Source: a bacterium
Lineage (GTDB): Bacteria; UBA8248
Assembly: GCA_965221165.1 (NCBI GenBank)
Contig: CBDCRP010000003.1
Coordinates: 896,001 to 960,000 of the forward strand
Direction: 5' to 3'
DNA: 64,000 bases
Position numbers and translations under genes: made by a program
Notes under the pieces: generated by a model
Seen by the model: only the letters and a program-made list of their open reading frames with translations
What the model was told of the DNA's origin: nothing
Databases searched by the model: none
Shown here: positions 22,757 to 31,704 of the stretch, piece by piece
How the letters are laid out: each line of letters begins with the position of its first letter
How positions within the stretch are numbered: the stretch's first letter is position 1

Positions 22757-23113
22757 CTACGTGATTTCTTCCAGTCTAGCCGCATCCACCACCGGACGGA
22801 TGGGGTAATAACCCCGCAGGAGTTCGGCGAGAAAGCCCAAATGTTCGGAGAGGGCCGACATGTGCGCGGCTGCGTAGTGCGATGAGAGCGCATCGGCTCG
22901 TTGGGCGAGGGCTTCGCGCGAATCGGGAGCGGGTTCATCCTGCGCGGCCAGGGCGTTATAGGCGCCTAGCAGGACGCGTACGTCTTCATGCGAATCTGCA
23001 TAGTCAGTTTTCAACGCATAGGGGCTTCTCAGGACAAGATGGACGGGGTTTTGCGTGTTCGAGGACTGATCGAGCATGCAGCGGCTGCGCCTATGGTCGT
23101 AGTTCTCGGGCAT
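22757..23113 (-). CDS. Hypothetical protein (118 aa)
   Basis: AGGAGG RBS upstream of ATG; directly downstream of the MBL hydrolase on the same strand; no recognisable motif. Confidence 0.55.
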   Translation of the reverse strand: MPENYDHRRSRCMLDQSSNTQNPVHLVLRSPYALKTDYADSHEDVRVLLGAYNALAAQDEPAPDSREALAQRADALSSHYAAAHMSALSEHLGFLAELLRGYYPIRPVVDAARLEEIT

Positions 23114-23137
23114 GGCGCCTCCTGTAAGTCTTGGGCC

Positions 23138-24067
23138 TCAACCGCCCCGGGCGTCGTGTAGCGATATCCCCTGCTCGCCCTTGCCCCGGAACTCGTTGTA
23201 GAGCTTCATCACGGCTTGTTCGACGCGGTCGGGCTTCATCCACTTCGCGTATCTCCCCAAAGAAATCTCGCGCGCGGCGCGCCTGGCGGGGGTTCCCTTT
23301 AGAAAGCGTTTTTTCGCCTCACGGCGCACGAGCTTGAGATAGCCCAGGGTTTCCTGAAGCGCGCTCCTGTCCCCCGGGGGCCCGTGCCCCGGAACGACCC
23401 TCTCGATAGGAAAAGTTTTCAGTATCTTCTCGGCGATCCGTATCCACCCGCCGACGTGGGCGTCGAACGTGGCGGGCGTGACGAAATGAAAGCAGATGTC
23501 GCCGGTAAAGAGAACCCGCTCTTCGGGCAGATAGACGATGGTGTCGCCCTTGGAATGCGCGTGGCCCAGGTGGTGGAGTTCCACCACGCGCTTGCCCAGG
23601 CGCAGCGTCATGCCCCCCTCGTAGGTGATGGCGGGAAAGCGCTGTTTGAGCCTCTTTAGTTCTCCCGCGTATTCCGGGTTCACGCCCCTGTAGTGCGCGA
23701 GGTCGAGGCCCGTTTCCACCATTCGCTCGCGCATGTAGCGGTGCGCGATGACGGGGATATCCTGATCGAACCATGTAAGCCCCAGGGTGTGATCCGCATG
23801 GTGGTGGGTGCAGACTATCTTGCGCACCGGCTTTCTGGTCGCCTCTTGAATCGCTTGCTGAAAGGCCTGCGTCATGGGCCGCACGTAGAGCGCGTCGACG
23901 ACCAGGGCCTCAGCATCGCCCACGACGAGCCCTGCGTTCGAGACGTTCAGCCCGCCCGCCTGAATGTAGGCGTAGACTCCCGGGGCCATGCGCTGAAGCC
24001 CCGTTTTCCAACTGGTGGGCACTTTCTGCATCCCGGCCATGCGCGTCTCCTTCTCCAGATTCATCAT
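23138..24067 (-). CDS. MBL-fold metallo-hydrolase (cyclase-like)
   Basis: SNAGLVVG, THHHADH, HAHSKGD, FTGD, VVPGHG. Confidence 0.88.
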   Translation of the reverse strand: MMNLEKETRMAGMQKVPTSWKTGLQRMAPGVYAYIQAGGLNVSNAGLVVGDAEALVVDALYVRPMTQAFQQAIQEATRKPVRKIVCTHHHADHTLGLTWFDQDIPVIAHRYMRERMVETGLDLAHYRGVNPEYAGELKRLKQRFPAITYEGGMTLRLGKRVVELHHLGHAHSKGDTIVYLPEERVLFTGDICFHFVTPATFDAHVGGWIRIAEKILKTFPIERVVPGHGPPGDRSALQETLGYLKLVRREAKKRFLKGTPARRAAREISLGRYAKWMKPDRVEQAVMKLYNEFRGKGEQGISLHDARGG

Positions 24068-24164
24068 TCTACATCATACAAGCGATTGACCACACGCCCC
24101 GAACGGGCGACATTGGCCCCCACCAGAACGAGGAGTTCCAACCGTCATATAAAGGGAACCATCC

Positions 24165-24575
24165 ATGCGCTTATCGTTCGATCATGCGCACATCATCTGC
24201 AAGGATTTGGGAAAGATGGTCGCGTTTTTCGAGGACATCTTCGGCGGCGAGGTCATCTACCGGGAAGAAAACTTTCACGGCGCGCCCAACGCCGTCGTCC
24301 GCGTCGGGGAGGCCAGGCTTTTCTTAAGGGGCGTGCGGCCCGGCGAGGCCGTCGGAGAGAACCACGCAGAGGCCGTCATGGGTCTCGACCACTTCTCCTT
24401 CGCCGTGGACGACATCCACGGCCTCGCAGCGCAGATGAAGCAAGCGGGCGCCGATTTCATCCGAGACCCCTCTCCTTCGGGCATGGGGGGCAGAACGACG
24501 GCCTACATCAGAGGGCCCGAGGACGTGCGAATAGAACTTTCAGAGCGCGCGGGAGAGACCTACGGCGGCGGTTGA
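24165..24575 (+). CDS. VOC/glyoxalase family protein
   Basis: FDHAHI, GLDHFSFAVDD, YIRGPEDVRIEL. Confidence 0.85.
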   Translation: MRLSFDHAHIICKDLGKMVAFFEDIFGGEVIYREENFHGAPNAVVRVGEARLFLRGVRPGEAVGENHAEAVMGLDHFSFAVDDIHGLAAQMKQAGADFIRDPSPSGMGGRTTAYIRGPEDVRIELSERAGETYGGG

Positions 24576-24600
24576 TGCGCCCTGCCCTACACTCACCAGC

Positions 24601-24631
24601 AAAAAACCCCCGGGCCTTGAAACCCGGGGGT
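24601..24631 (-). terminator. Rho-independent terminator for ino1 (possibly bidirectional)
   Basis: A-tract then ACCCCCGGG-ccttgaaa-CCCGGGGGT between convergent genes. Confidence 0.7.
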
Positions 24632-24650
24632 GCGTTGTCAAGTGAAGAAC

Positions 24651-25796
24651 CTATTTAGGATCGTAGCGCGCGGGCAGGCCGTTTCCGTTGAACTCGACCT
24701 GATCGCTCGCACGCAGGTTGCCTGCGATGAACTCGTCGATCATTAGGCGCGATACGGAATCGGGCACCTGCACCGGCGGGTGTTTCATCAGATATGCGCT
24801 CACCGGGAAGAGCGGCCCCGCCTCGCCCCTGTCGCGCGCGATGCGCGCCAGGCGAATCGCGTCGATGACGACGCCGCCCGAGTTGGGAGAATCCTCGACC
24901 GAGAGGCGCGCTTCGATTTCGAGCGGCACGCCGCCGAAGCCTTCCGCCTCGATCCTCAGGAAACAAATCTTGTTGTCGTCCTGCCAGGGCACGTAGTCCG
25001 ACGGGCCGATGTGGATGTCGTCCGCGTCCAGAGGCTCGGGCAACTGGCTCTGCACGGCGTCCGTTTTCGAGATTTTCTTCGATTTGAGACGGGAGCGCTC
25101 CAGCATGTTCAGGAAATCGGTGTTTCCGCCCGTGTTCAACTGATAGGTGCGCTTTAACTTCACGCCCCTGTCCGCGCACAGCCTGGCGAGTGTGCGGTGG
25201 AGGATGGTGGCGCCGAGTTGGGCCTTTACGTCGTCTCCCACCACGGGAATGCCCGCCTCGGTGAAGCGGCCCGCCCATTCGGGGTCGGAGACGATGAAGA
25301 CAGGCATGCAGTTGATGAAGGAAACACCGGCTTCCAGCGACGCTTCGGCGTAGTGGCGCGCCGCCTGCTCGGAACCCACGGGCATGAAGTTCAGGAGGAT
25401 TTCCGCGCCGCTCTCCCGAAGCTCTGCAGCCACGTCGCAGGGTTCGGCCTCGGCGGACAAAAAAGATCGATCCGAAGCATATTCCGCCATGTGGGACGCC
25501 ACACCGTCGAGGATGGGCCCCATCCGCACGTTCACGCGATAGTCGGGCAGGTTCTCCCAGATCGTTTTGGTGCAATTGGGCTTGGCGAAGGCCGCCACGT
25601 GCAGCGGCTGGCCCACCTTGCGGACATCGATGTCGAAAGCCGCCACGACCTCGACGTCCTCCGGCCCGTAGCCGCCCAGATCCCGGTGCATGAGGCCCAA
25701 CTCTTCTTCGGGATGGTGGCGGTAATACTCGATGCCCTGGAGCAGGGAACTCGCGCAGTTCCCGACGCCGGCGATGGCGATGCGAATCGGAGACAT
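24651..25796 (-). CDS. ino1: myo-inositol-1-phosphate synthase
   Basis: GVGNCASSL, PVGSEQA, GDDVKAQLGAT, YQLNTGGNTDFLNM, SKKISKT, DSPNSGG, MKHPP. Confidence 0.95.
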   Translation of the reverse strand: MSPIRIAIAGVGNCASSLLQGIEYYRHHPEEELGLMHRDLGGYGPEDVEVVAAFDIDVRKVGQPLHVAAFAKPNCTKTIWENLPDYRVNVRMGPILDGVASHMAEYASDRSFLSAEAEPCDVAAELRESGAEILLNFMPVGSEQAARHYAEASLEAGVSFINCMPVFIVSDPEWAGRFTEAGIPVVGDDVKAQLGATILHRTLARLCADRGVKLKRTYQLNTGGNTDFLNMLERSRLKSKKISKTDAVQSQLPEPLDADDIHIGPSDYVPWQDDNKICFLRIEAEGFGGVPLEIEARLSVEDSPNSGGVVIDAIRLARIARDRGEAGPLFPVSAYLMKHPPVQVPDSVSRLMIDEFIAGNLRASDQVEFNGNGLPARYDPK

Positions 25797-26026
25797 ATAT
25801 GCGTTTCCTTTCTTGCCTTTGTAGTCGCTGCGGCCTCAAAAGGCGAATCCGAAGTCGAGTCCATGGGGCAGGATTCTCGCCGTCGACCACGCGCATGCGG
25901 ATTCAATGTCAGATCAATCAGTGCTGACAACCGCGTCCGCAAAGAGGCGACTATATCCCAAAACCGGGATTTTCTCCAAGAGGAGAACAGAAAATGACTT
26001 CAGACGGCCTCAGGGCGGGAGCGCGG

Positions 26027-27025
26027 CTAATATAGCAGACAGCGGACGAAGTGCCCGGGGGATACCTCTTTGAGTTCCGGCTCATGTTCCAGGCACATCG
26101 CCTTCACCTCCGGGCACCTCGGGTTGAAGCTGCAACCCGTCGGCAGGCGGTTCAGGCTGGGCACGATGCCCTTGATCTCCTCCAGTCGAATCCGCTCGCC
26201 GGACTTGATGAGATTGAGCTTCGGTATCGAATTGAGCAGCCCCCGGGTGTAGGGATGGAGCGGGTTTCCGAAAATTTCCTCCGTCGGCGCTTCCTCGACC
26301 ACCTTGCCGGCGTACATGACGACGACGCGCTTACACGTTTCGGCCACGAGGCCCAAATCGTGCGTGATGAGGATGACCGCCGTGCCCAGGTCTTCCTGCA
26401 ATTTGACCATGAGGTCGAGAATCTGCGCCTGAATGGTCACGTCGAGCGCCGTGGTCGGCTCATCGGCCAGGAGGATTTTCGGGTTGCACGAGAGCGCCAT
26501 GGCGATCATCGCGCGCTGCCTCATGCCGCCCGAGAGCTGGTGGGGATATTCCCGGACCCTTTGACGCGGCAGGGGGATGCCGACCAGGTCGAGCATCTCG
26601 GCGGCCTTGTCCATCGCGTCCTTTTTCGTCATCCCCTGGTGGAGCATGACGGCCTCGGCGATCTGGAAGCCGACGGTGAACACCGGGTTCAGGCTCGTCA
26701 TCGGCTCCTGGAAGATCATCGAGATGTGGTTGCCCCGAATCTCGCGCAACTCCCTCGTTTTGAGCTTCGTCAAATCGCGGCCCTCGAAGAAGATGCCGTC
26801 GCCGAATATCTCGCCCGGCGGCTCGGGTATGAGGCGAAGCACCGAAAGCGCCGTCACCGTCTTGCCGCACCCCGACTCGCCCACTACCCCGAGCGTCTCC
26901 CCCGATTTTAAGCTGTAGCTCACGCCGTCCACGGCGCGCACCGTGCCCTCGGGCGTATGGAAGTAGGTGTGCAGGTCTCTCAGTTCTAAAATGGTGTCGG
27001 TGCCGACGGCTGCGCCATTGGCCAT
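26027..27025 (-). CDS. Oligopeptide/dipeptide ABC transporter ATP-binding protein (OppD/DppD-type)
   Basis: [48 protein letters not shown]-terminal Cys cluster. Confidence 0.93.
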   Translation of the reverse strand: MANGAAVGTDTILELRDLHTYFHTPEGTVRAVDGVSYSLKSGETLGVVGESGCGKTVTALSVLRLIPEPPGEIFGDGIFFEGRDLTKLKTRELREIRGNHISMIFQEPMTSLNPVFTVGFQIAEAVMLHQGMTKKDAMDKAAEMLDLVGIPLPRQRVREYPHQLSGGMRQRAMIAMALSCNPKILLADEPTTALDVTIQAQILDLMVKLQEDLGTAVILITHDLGLVAETCKRVVVMYAGKVVEEAPTEEIFGNPLHPYTRGLLNSIPKLNLIKSGERIRLEEIKGIVPSLNRLPTGCSFNPRCPEVKAMCLEHEPELKEVSPGHFVRCLLY

Positions 27026-27136
27026 GGATAACCTCCGGATTGCGGGTTCGACTTCACAGGACGAATGAGCAATACCTGATTATAAGGACTCGGAAATTCA
27101 ATTGTCCAGTCGGATGAGAAAAAACCCGAAAGATCA

Positions 27137-27775
27137 TCACGAAGAAACCACCTCCTGACCGTGGGGACAATCCTTGAGGATGGGGCAATCCGCGCAGAGG
27201 GGTTTTCTCGCCGAGCAGCAATTTCTCCCGTGGTGAATCAACAGCAGGGTGACGCGGCCCCACCATTTTTCCGGCACTGCGTCCATGAGCTGAAACTCGG
27301 CCTTCACCGGGTCGCGCGTCGATATCCAGCCCAGCCGGTTCCCCGTGCGCAAGACGTGGGTATCCACGGCGATGGCGGGCCGCCCGTAAGCCTCGTTCAA
27401 AACGACGTTGGCCGTCTTTCGCCCCACGCCCGGAAGGGTCACGAGATGCTCCATCTCGGCGGGCACTTCACCCCCGAATTCCTTCACGATGCGGCTACAA
27501 CACGCGCGGATGGACTTCGCCTTCTGGCGGTAGAACCCGCACGAGTGAATCAACCCCTCGAGTTCACCCGGTTCCGCTTCCGCATAAGAGGCGGCATCCG
27601 GATAGCGGGCGAAAAGAGCGGGGGTGACCTTGTTCACCCGCTCATCCGTGCACTGGGCCGAGAGCATCGTCGACACCAGCAGTTCGAGCGGGTTTTGGTA
27701 ATGAAGCGCGCAGCGCGCGTCGGGGTAGGTTTGCTCCAGTATGCGCAAAAGACGCGCGGTCGGGGATGCGGGCAT
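27137..27775 (-). CDS. nth: Endonuclease III
   Basis: LSAQCTDERVN, LPGVGRKTANVVL (HhH), AVDTHV, CSARKPLCADCPILKDC ([4Fe-4S]). Confidence 0.95.
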   Translation of the reverse strand: MPASPTARLLRILEQTYPDARCALHYQNPLELLVSTMLSAQCTDERVNKVTPALFARYPDAASYAEAEPGELEGLIHSCGFYRQKAKSIRACCSRIVKEFGGEVPAEMEHLVTLPGVGRKTANVVLNEAYGRPAIAVDTHVLRTGNRLGWISTRDPVKAEFQLMDAVPEKWWGRVTLLLIHHGRNCCSARKPLCADCPILKDCPHGQEVVSS

Positions 27776-27934
27776 ATGAGCTCCGTTTCACTTCAAAAAG
27801 AGGGCCTCTCTTACCTGCGCCACACGAACCGGCGGCCTTGCGGCGCAGCCTTCTTTTCAAGGGCGATGATTCGGACTAGAATACCGGACGAATTTCATAT
27901 CGCCTACCGCGTCGAGACAAAGGAGAACGCATCG

Positions 27935-28174
27935 ATGGCCGACCCCCACGTGGCCCAGAAATCGCCTTATATCTATAAACCGGAAAAAGATGAGAAAGTC
28001 GCCTGGTGCGCGTGCGGCATGAGCCAATCGCAGCCTTTCTGCGACGGCTCGCACAAGGGATCGGAATTCCGCCCCATCGTTCTCGACGTGCAGGCGGGCA
28101 AGACCTGCGCCTTTTGCGGCTGCAAGCAGACGGGCAACGCGCCCATGTGCGACGGCACGCACTCCATGCTCTAG
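27935..28174 (+). CDS. CDGSH iron-sulfur domain protein (two CDGSH motifs)
   Basis: WCACGMSQSQPFCDGSH and FCGCKQTGNAPMCDGTH; RBS aaggag; start MADPHVAQKSP lies inside the longer 27161 ORF. Confidence 0.92.
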   Translation: MADPHVAQKSPYIYKPEKDEKVAWCACGMSQSQPFCDGSHKGSEFRPIVLDVQAGKTCAFCGCKQTGNAPMCDGTHSML

Positions 28175-28202
28175 GAACGAGATGTAATTCTTTGATGAAT
28201 AT

Positions 28203-28278
28203 GCGCGTGTAGCTCAGAGGATAGAGCGCCTGCCTCCGGAGCAGGAAGTCGCAGGTTCGACTCCTGCCACGCGCACCA
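28203..28278 (+). tRNA. tRNA-Arg (CCG)
   Basis: GCGCGTG acceptor, TAGCTCAG.GGATAGAGC D-arm, CCTGC-CT-CCG-GA-GCAGG anticodon arm, GGTTCGACTCC T-arm, encoded CCA. Confidence 0.97.
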
Positions 28279-29252
28279 ACATATTTTCCCATCCTGTTCC
28301 CGTAACACCGCAAACCTGACGGAAATGTTTTTAATTTCAACGGATTAGGCGCCCTTTCCACGAAAATACAGCCTGAGAAAATTCCCATCGCCCGTCCTGA
28401 GCCCTCCGGCGCGATTCATCGGCGCGAGGAGTCGCCGGGCCAGAAAATTCATCCCGAGAGCGAATTTTTTCTCCAGCCCGAGCAAACGGTGTGATAAAAT
28501 GTATTCAGATTTTCGCGGTTTTGTTCGAGGAGGAAGAAAAATGAAGAATGCCGAGTTGGTCGAATCGAACGGGACTGCCGCCACCCGGACGTCGGAGGGA
28601 AAAGCGATCTTCTGGGATCGTAAATTCCAGGCGTCGTACAAAACGACGATAGAAGCCGCCTGGAGGTGTGGACGCGCATTGCTGGAGGTGAGAAAGAAAA
28701 AAGCGCATGGACAATGGATGGACTGGCTCGATAGCGTCGGAATCAGCTACACGAGGGCGATCCGGTGCATGGCCCTCGCGGGAGTCGAAATGTCGCGCGT
28801 GCTCAACTTTCCCAACATGAAGCAGGCACTTGCGGTCGTTTCATCCATGCCGAGGCTTACGGGCATCCAATCCCCGGTGAAGGAGAAGGCCCTCATCGCG
28901 AAGACCTCCATCCGCCTCGGCAAGCCGAAGGTTCCCGCCCGCAAGGAAATCGAGCAGCTACAAGCACGGGTTCTCGATCTTGAAAACACGGAGAAAGACT
29001 TGCGCACCGAACTGAAACGCTCGAAGCGGGCCGTCAACCGGTACAAGAAAACGCTGAGCGAGAAGAACAGGCGCATCGAAGAACTCGAAGAAAAACTCGC
29101 ACGGACCAACGGCTACATCGAGAAACCGCGCAAGGCGACTCGACGCAGCTAAACGAGACGACCGCTAAAGAGACGATAGATCGGCCGGCGGGGACTGCAA
29201 AACCTCATAAGGCGGTCGCCAACAACGATTGGACGCCGTGCACGCGCACCAA
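28268..29252. mobile_element. Putative ~1 kb integrase-less element bounded by a direct repeat of the tRNA 3' end
   Basis: CACGCGCACCAA at 28268-28279 (tRNA end) and again at 29241-29252; encloses one phage/ICE-type gene. Confidence 0.5.
28541..29152 (+). CDS. DUF3102-like (phage/ICE-associated) protein with C-terminal coiled coil
   Basis: AWRCGRALLEVRKKKAHGQWMDWLDSVGISYTRAIRCMALA resembles the DUF3102 pattern (G..L...K....HG.W..WL....S...A...M..A); GAGGAGG RBS. Confidence 0.6.
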   Translation: MKNAELVESNGTAATRTSEGKAIFWDRKFQASYKTTIEAAWRCGRALLEVRKKKAHGQWMDWLDSVGISYTRAIRCMALAGVEMSRVLNFPNMKQALAVVSSMPRLTGIQSPVKEKALIAKTSIRLGKPKVPARKEIEQLQARVLDLENTEKDLRTELKRSKRAVNRYKKTLSEKNRRIEELEEKLARTNGYIEKPRKATRRS

Positions 29253-29410
29253 AATCAGGATCGCGCCAGAGCCGGGGACGGGCGTCTCCGGCCTTTGGTT
29301 TTATGGGGGTTCTCTCCCCCGCCGCTCCCTGTTTCCACTCCTCCCCCTTGACCACCGGTGTTCATGCGGATAGGTTGACCTCAAAGCATGAAACCAGGGG
29401 AGAGGTTCCG

Positions 29411-30304
29411 ATGTTCGGCGAATACATCGACAGCCACAACCACATGCACGCCCTGAACTGGGACGAGTGGGAACTCCTCGGCACGACGGGCATGCGCGCG
29501 GCGGTGCTATCCTGCGGCAACCCCCACCTCTACCGCGAGGTGTGGGACGAAGCGCCGGGTTACGACGACATCATGCGCTTTTGGGAGGGCCCCATCGAAA
29601 TGGCCCGGGCTCTCGAGGCGCAGCACTTCATCAAAATCTACTGCGCGGTCGGCATCAGCTCGATGACGCGGGTGAACGACTGGGAAAAATTGTTGGCGGA
29701 ACTCCCCGGCTTACTCGAAAACCCCAGCGTCGTCGCCTTCGGGGAGATCGGCCTGGACCCCACGCAGTATTTCTCTCTCACCTGGCCGCTGGAAGAACAG
29801 GCCGCTTGCATGGAAGCCCAGGCGGAGATAGCCAAAGAGCACGATAAACCCATCATCCTGCACACGCCCACGCCCAAAAAGAGCAAGGATTTTCTCGGCG
29901 AAGTCGCCGTGCAGGCGGACGTGCCGCCCGAGCAAATCCGGCTCCACTACATGCAAAAAGATTTGGAAGTGCTGGCCAAGGCCGGTTTCGATGAAGCCCA
30001 AGTCGCGGTCGATCACACCGACGGCACGACGGTCGAATACATCCACAAGAACACGCGCGCCATGTGCGCCATCAGCATCGGCAGCGCGCTCAGGCCGCTT
30101 CAGCCCGCCCAGGTCATCGAGTGGGTGGAGACATTCGGGCCGGACCGGATTATGCTCAACTCGGACCACCTGGGCTACCGGCCCATCGACATCCTCTCGG
30201 TTCCCAAGACGCTGCGCGCCATGCGAAATGCCGGCATATCGGATGAGGCGATTCGCAAGGTGTCGTTCGAAAACGCTAGAAAGTTCTACAATCTCACCCT
30301 CTAA
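29411..30304 (+). CDS. TatD-family (amidohydrolase TIM-barrel) metallohydrolase
   Basis: IDSHNH, GEIGLD, IILHTP, VDH, LNSD, ENARKFY. Confidence 0.82.
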   Translation: MFGEYIDSHNHMHALNWDEWELLGTTGMRAAVLSCGNPHLYREVWDEAPGYDDIMRFWEGPIEMARALEAQHFIKIYCAVGISSMTRVNDWEKLLAELPGLLENPSVVAFGEIGLDPTQYFSLTWPLEEQAACMEAQAEIAKEHDKPIILHTPTPKKSKDFLGEVAVQADVPPEQIRLHYMQKDLEVLAKAGFDEAQVAVDHTDGTTVEYIHKNTRAMCAISIGSALRPLQPAQVIEWVETFGPDRIMLNSDHLGYRPIDILSVPKTLRAMRNAGISDEAIRKVSFENARKFYNLTL

Positions 30305-30313
30305 GGACGCACG

Positions 30314-31345
30314 ATGAACCAGACGACGGACCCTTTCGAGTATTTCTTCGAGATGCCCTGGTCGGACGGGCTTCCCGTAGTGACGCCCACGCCCGAGCGC
30401 CTCGCCTGGATGCTAGGCGGCACGAGCAGGGACCCGGACGAGGTGCTGGGGGACGTTCCGCCCTCGCTGAACCAAGCGACGGTGGAGAGCGTCGCTCTTC
30501 ACGCCGTGATGGCGGGCTGCAAACCCGAATATCTGCCCGTGGTGCTGGGAGCCATGGAGGCCATGCTTATCGAGCGCTTCAACTTGGTCGGCATTCAGGC
30601 CACCATGTTCACCGGCGGGCCCTTGCTGATACTGAACGGCCCCTACGCGCGTGAGATCGGCGTCCACGGGGGTTCCGGCTGTTTCGGCCCCGGCTTCCGG
30701 GCGAACGCCACCATCGGCCGGGCGATAAGGCTCATCATGATGAACTTAGGGGGAGGCATTCCCGGCGTTTCGGATATGAGCACCTTCGGCAGTCCCTCCA
30801 AATTCACCTACTGCGTCCGGGAGAACGAGGAGCAAAGCCCCTGGGAGCCGCTGCCGGGCGATTTCGGCTTCGGCGAGGATGCCGACGTCCTCACGGTCTG
30901 CAACGCCGAGGCGCCTCGCATGGCGATGGACGACGTGAGCGCAAAGCCCGAGGGCGTCCTCACCACGCTTGCGAGCACGATGTGCGCGATGGGCGCCACG
31001 ACGGCCTACACGCAGACGAACTGGGTGGTCGTCGTCGGCCCCGATCACGCCGATATCCTCGCCAGGGGGGGCTTGAGCCGAGCGGACGTGAAACGAGAAC
31101 TCTTCGAGCGGGCGAGAATGCCCGTGGGTACTCTTAAAAAAGGCGGGCGCTACCGGGGACCCGAACTATCGCGCTGGCCGGACTGGGTGGACCACGATGA
31201 CGATGATTCTCTCGCCCCGATGGTGCACGAGCCCGAAGACATCCTCTTGATCGTCGCAGGCGGCGTCCCCGGCCCCTCTTGTCTCGTCATACCGGGCTGG
31301 AACACCTCGAGCCAGACCATCACGCAGGCCTATCGCACGGATTGA
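30314..31345 (+). CDS. Conserved uncharacterised protein (PWSDGLPVVTPT family), paralog A
   Basis: WSDGLPVVTPT, AVMAGCKPEYLPV, GPGFRANATIGRA, ENEE.SPW, IVAGG; clear paralog at 50336. Confidence 0.75.
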   Translation: MNQTTDPFEYFFEMPWSDGLPVVTPTPERLAWMLGGTSRDPDEVLGDVPPSLNQATVESVALHAVMAGCKPEYLPVVLGAMEAMLIERFNLVGIQATMFTGGPLLILNGPYAREIGVHGGSGCFGPGFRANATIGRAIRLIMMNLGGGIPGVSDMSTFGSPSKFTYCVRENEEQSPWEPLPGDFGFGEDADVLTVCNAEAPRMAMDDVSAKPEGVLTTLASTMCAMGATTAYTQTNWVVVVGPDHADILARGGLSRADVKRELFERARMPVGTLKKGGRYRGPELSRWPDWVDHDDDDSLAPMVHEPEDILLIVAGGVPGPSCLVIPGWNTSSQTITQAYRTD

Positions 31346-31530
31346 GGTGGGGGTCTTTCTCATCGGGCGGGAATGATCAAACCACGCCGGAATGACGGCC
31401 ATCTGAATCGCTGTACGGGCCGTTCGCGAACGGTGGGGCGGTCCCGAGGAGGGATTGCCCCTACGGTGAATCCCCGCCTCCAAACCAAACATGCAGGCGG
31501 GCGGACACACAGGTCCGCCCCTACGAGACG
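31346..31530. repeat. REP-like palindromic repeat cluster
   Basis: GCCGGAATGACG; tgtacGGGCCGTTCGCGAACGG..GCCCCTACG; GGGCGGACACACAGGTCCGCCCCTACG; motifs recur at 35.3, 48.6, 49.4-50.2, 51.5 and 52.7 kb. Confidence 0.75.
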
Positions 31531-31704
31531 ATCGCGCCTACCAATAATATCCACCCAAAACCGCCTACCCATCTGGATCACGAAGCCCAAGGCCGCTATA
31601 ATCCCCGCGTTCACCGAACCGACAAACCCGAATGAAAGTTTTCAGGGCGGTCATTCGCGCCGCCTGCTCTAAAACATCTTTGATGACCTGAGGAGAAGGA
31701 CAGA

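Noticed and set aside
24651-30304. ebo-like cluster (ino1 + TatD/EboB-like gene)
   Set aside because: The genes are on opposite strands, separated by unrelated genes, and no UbiA prenyltransferase, EboE or EboF is present
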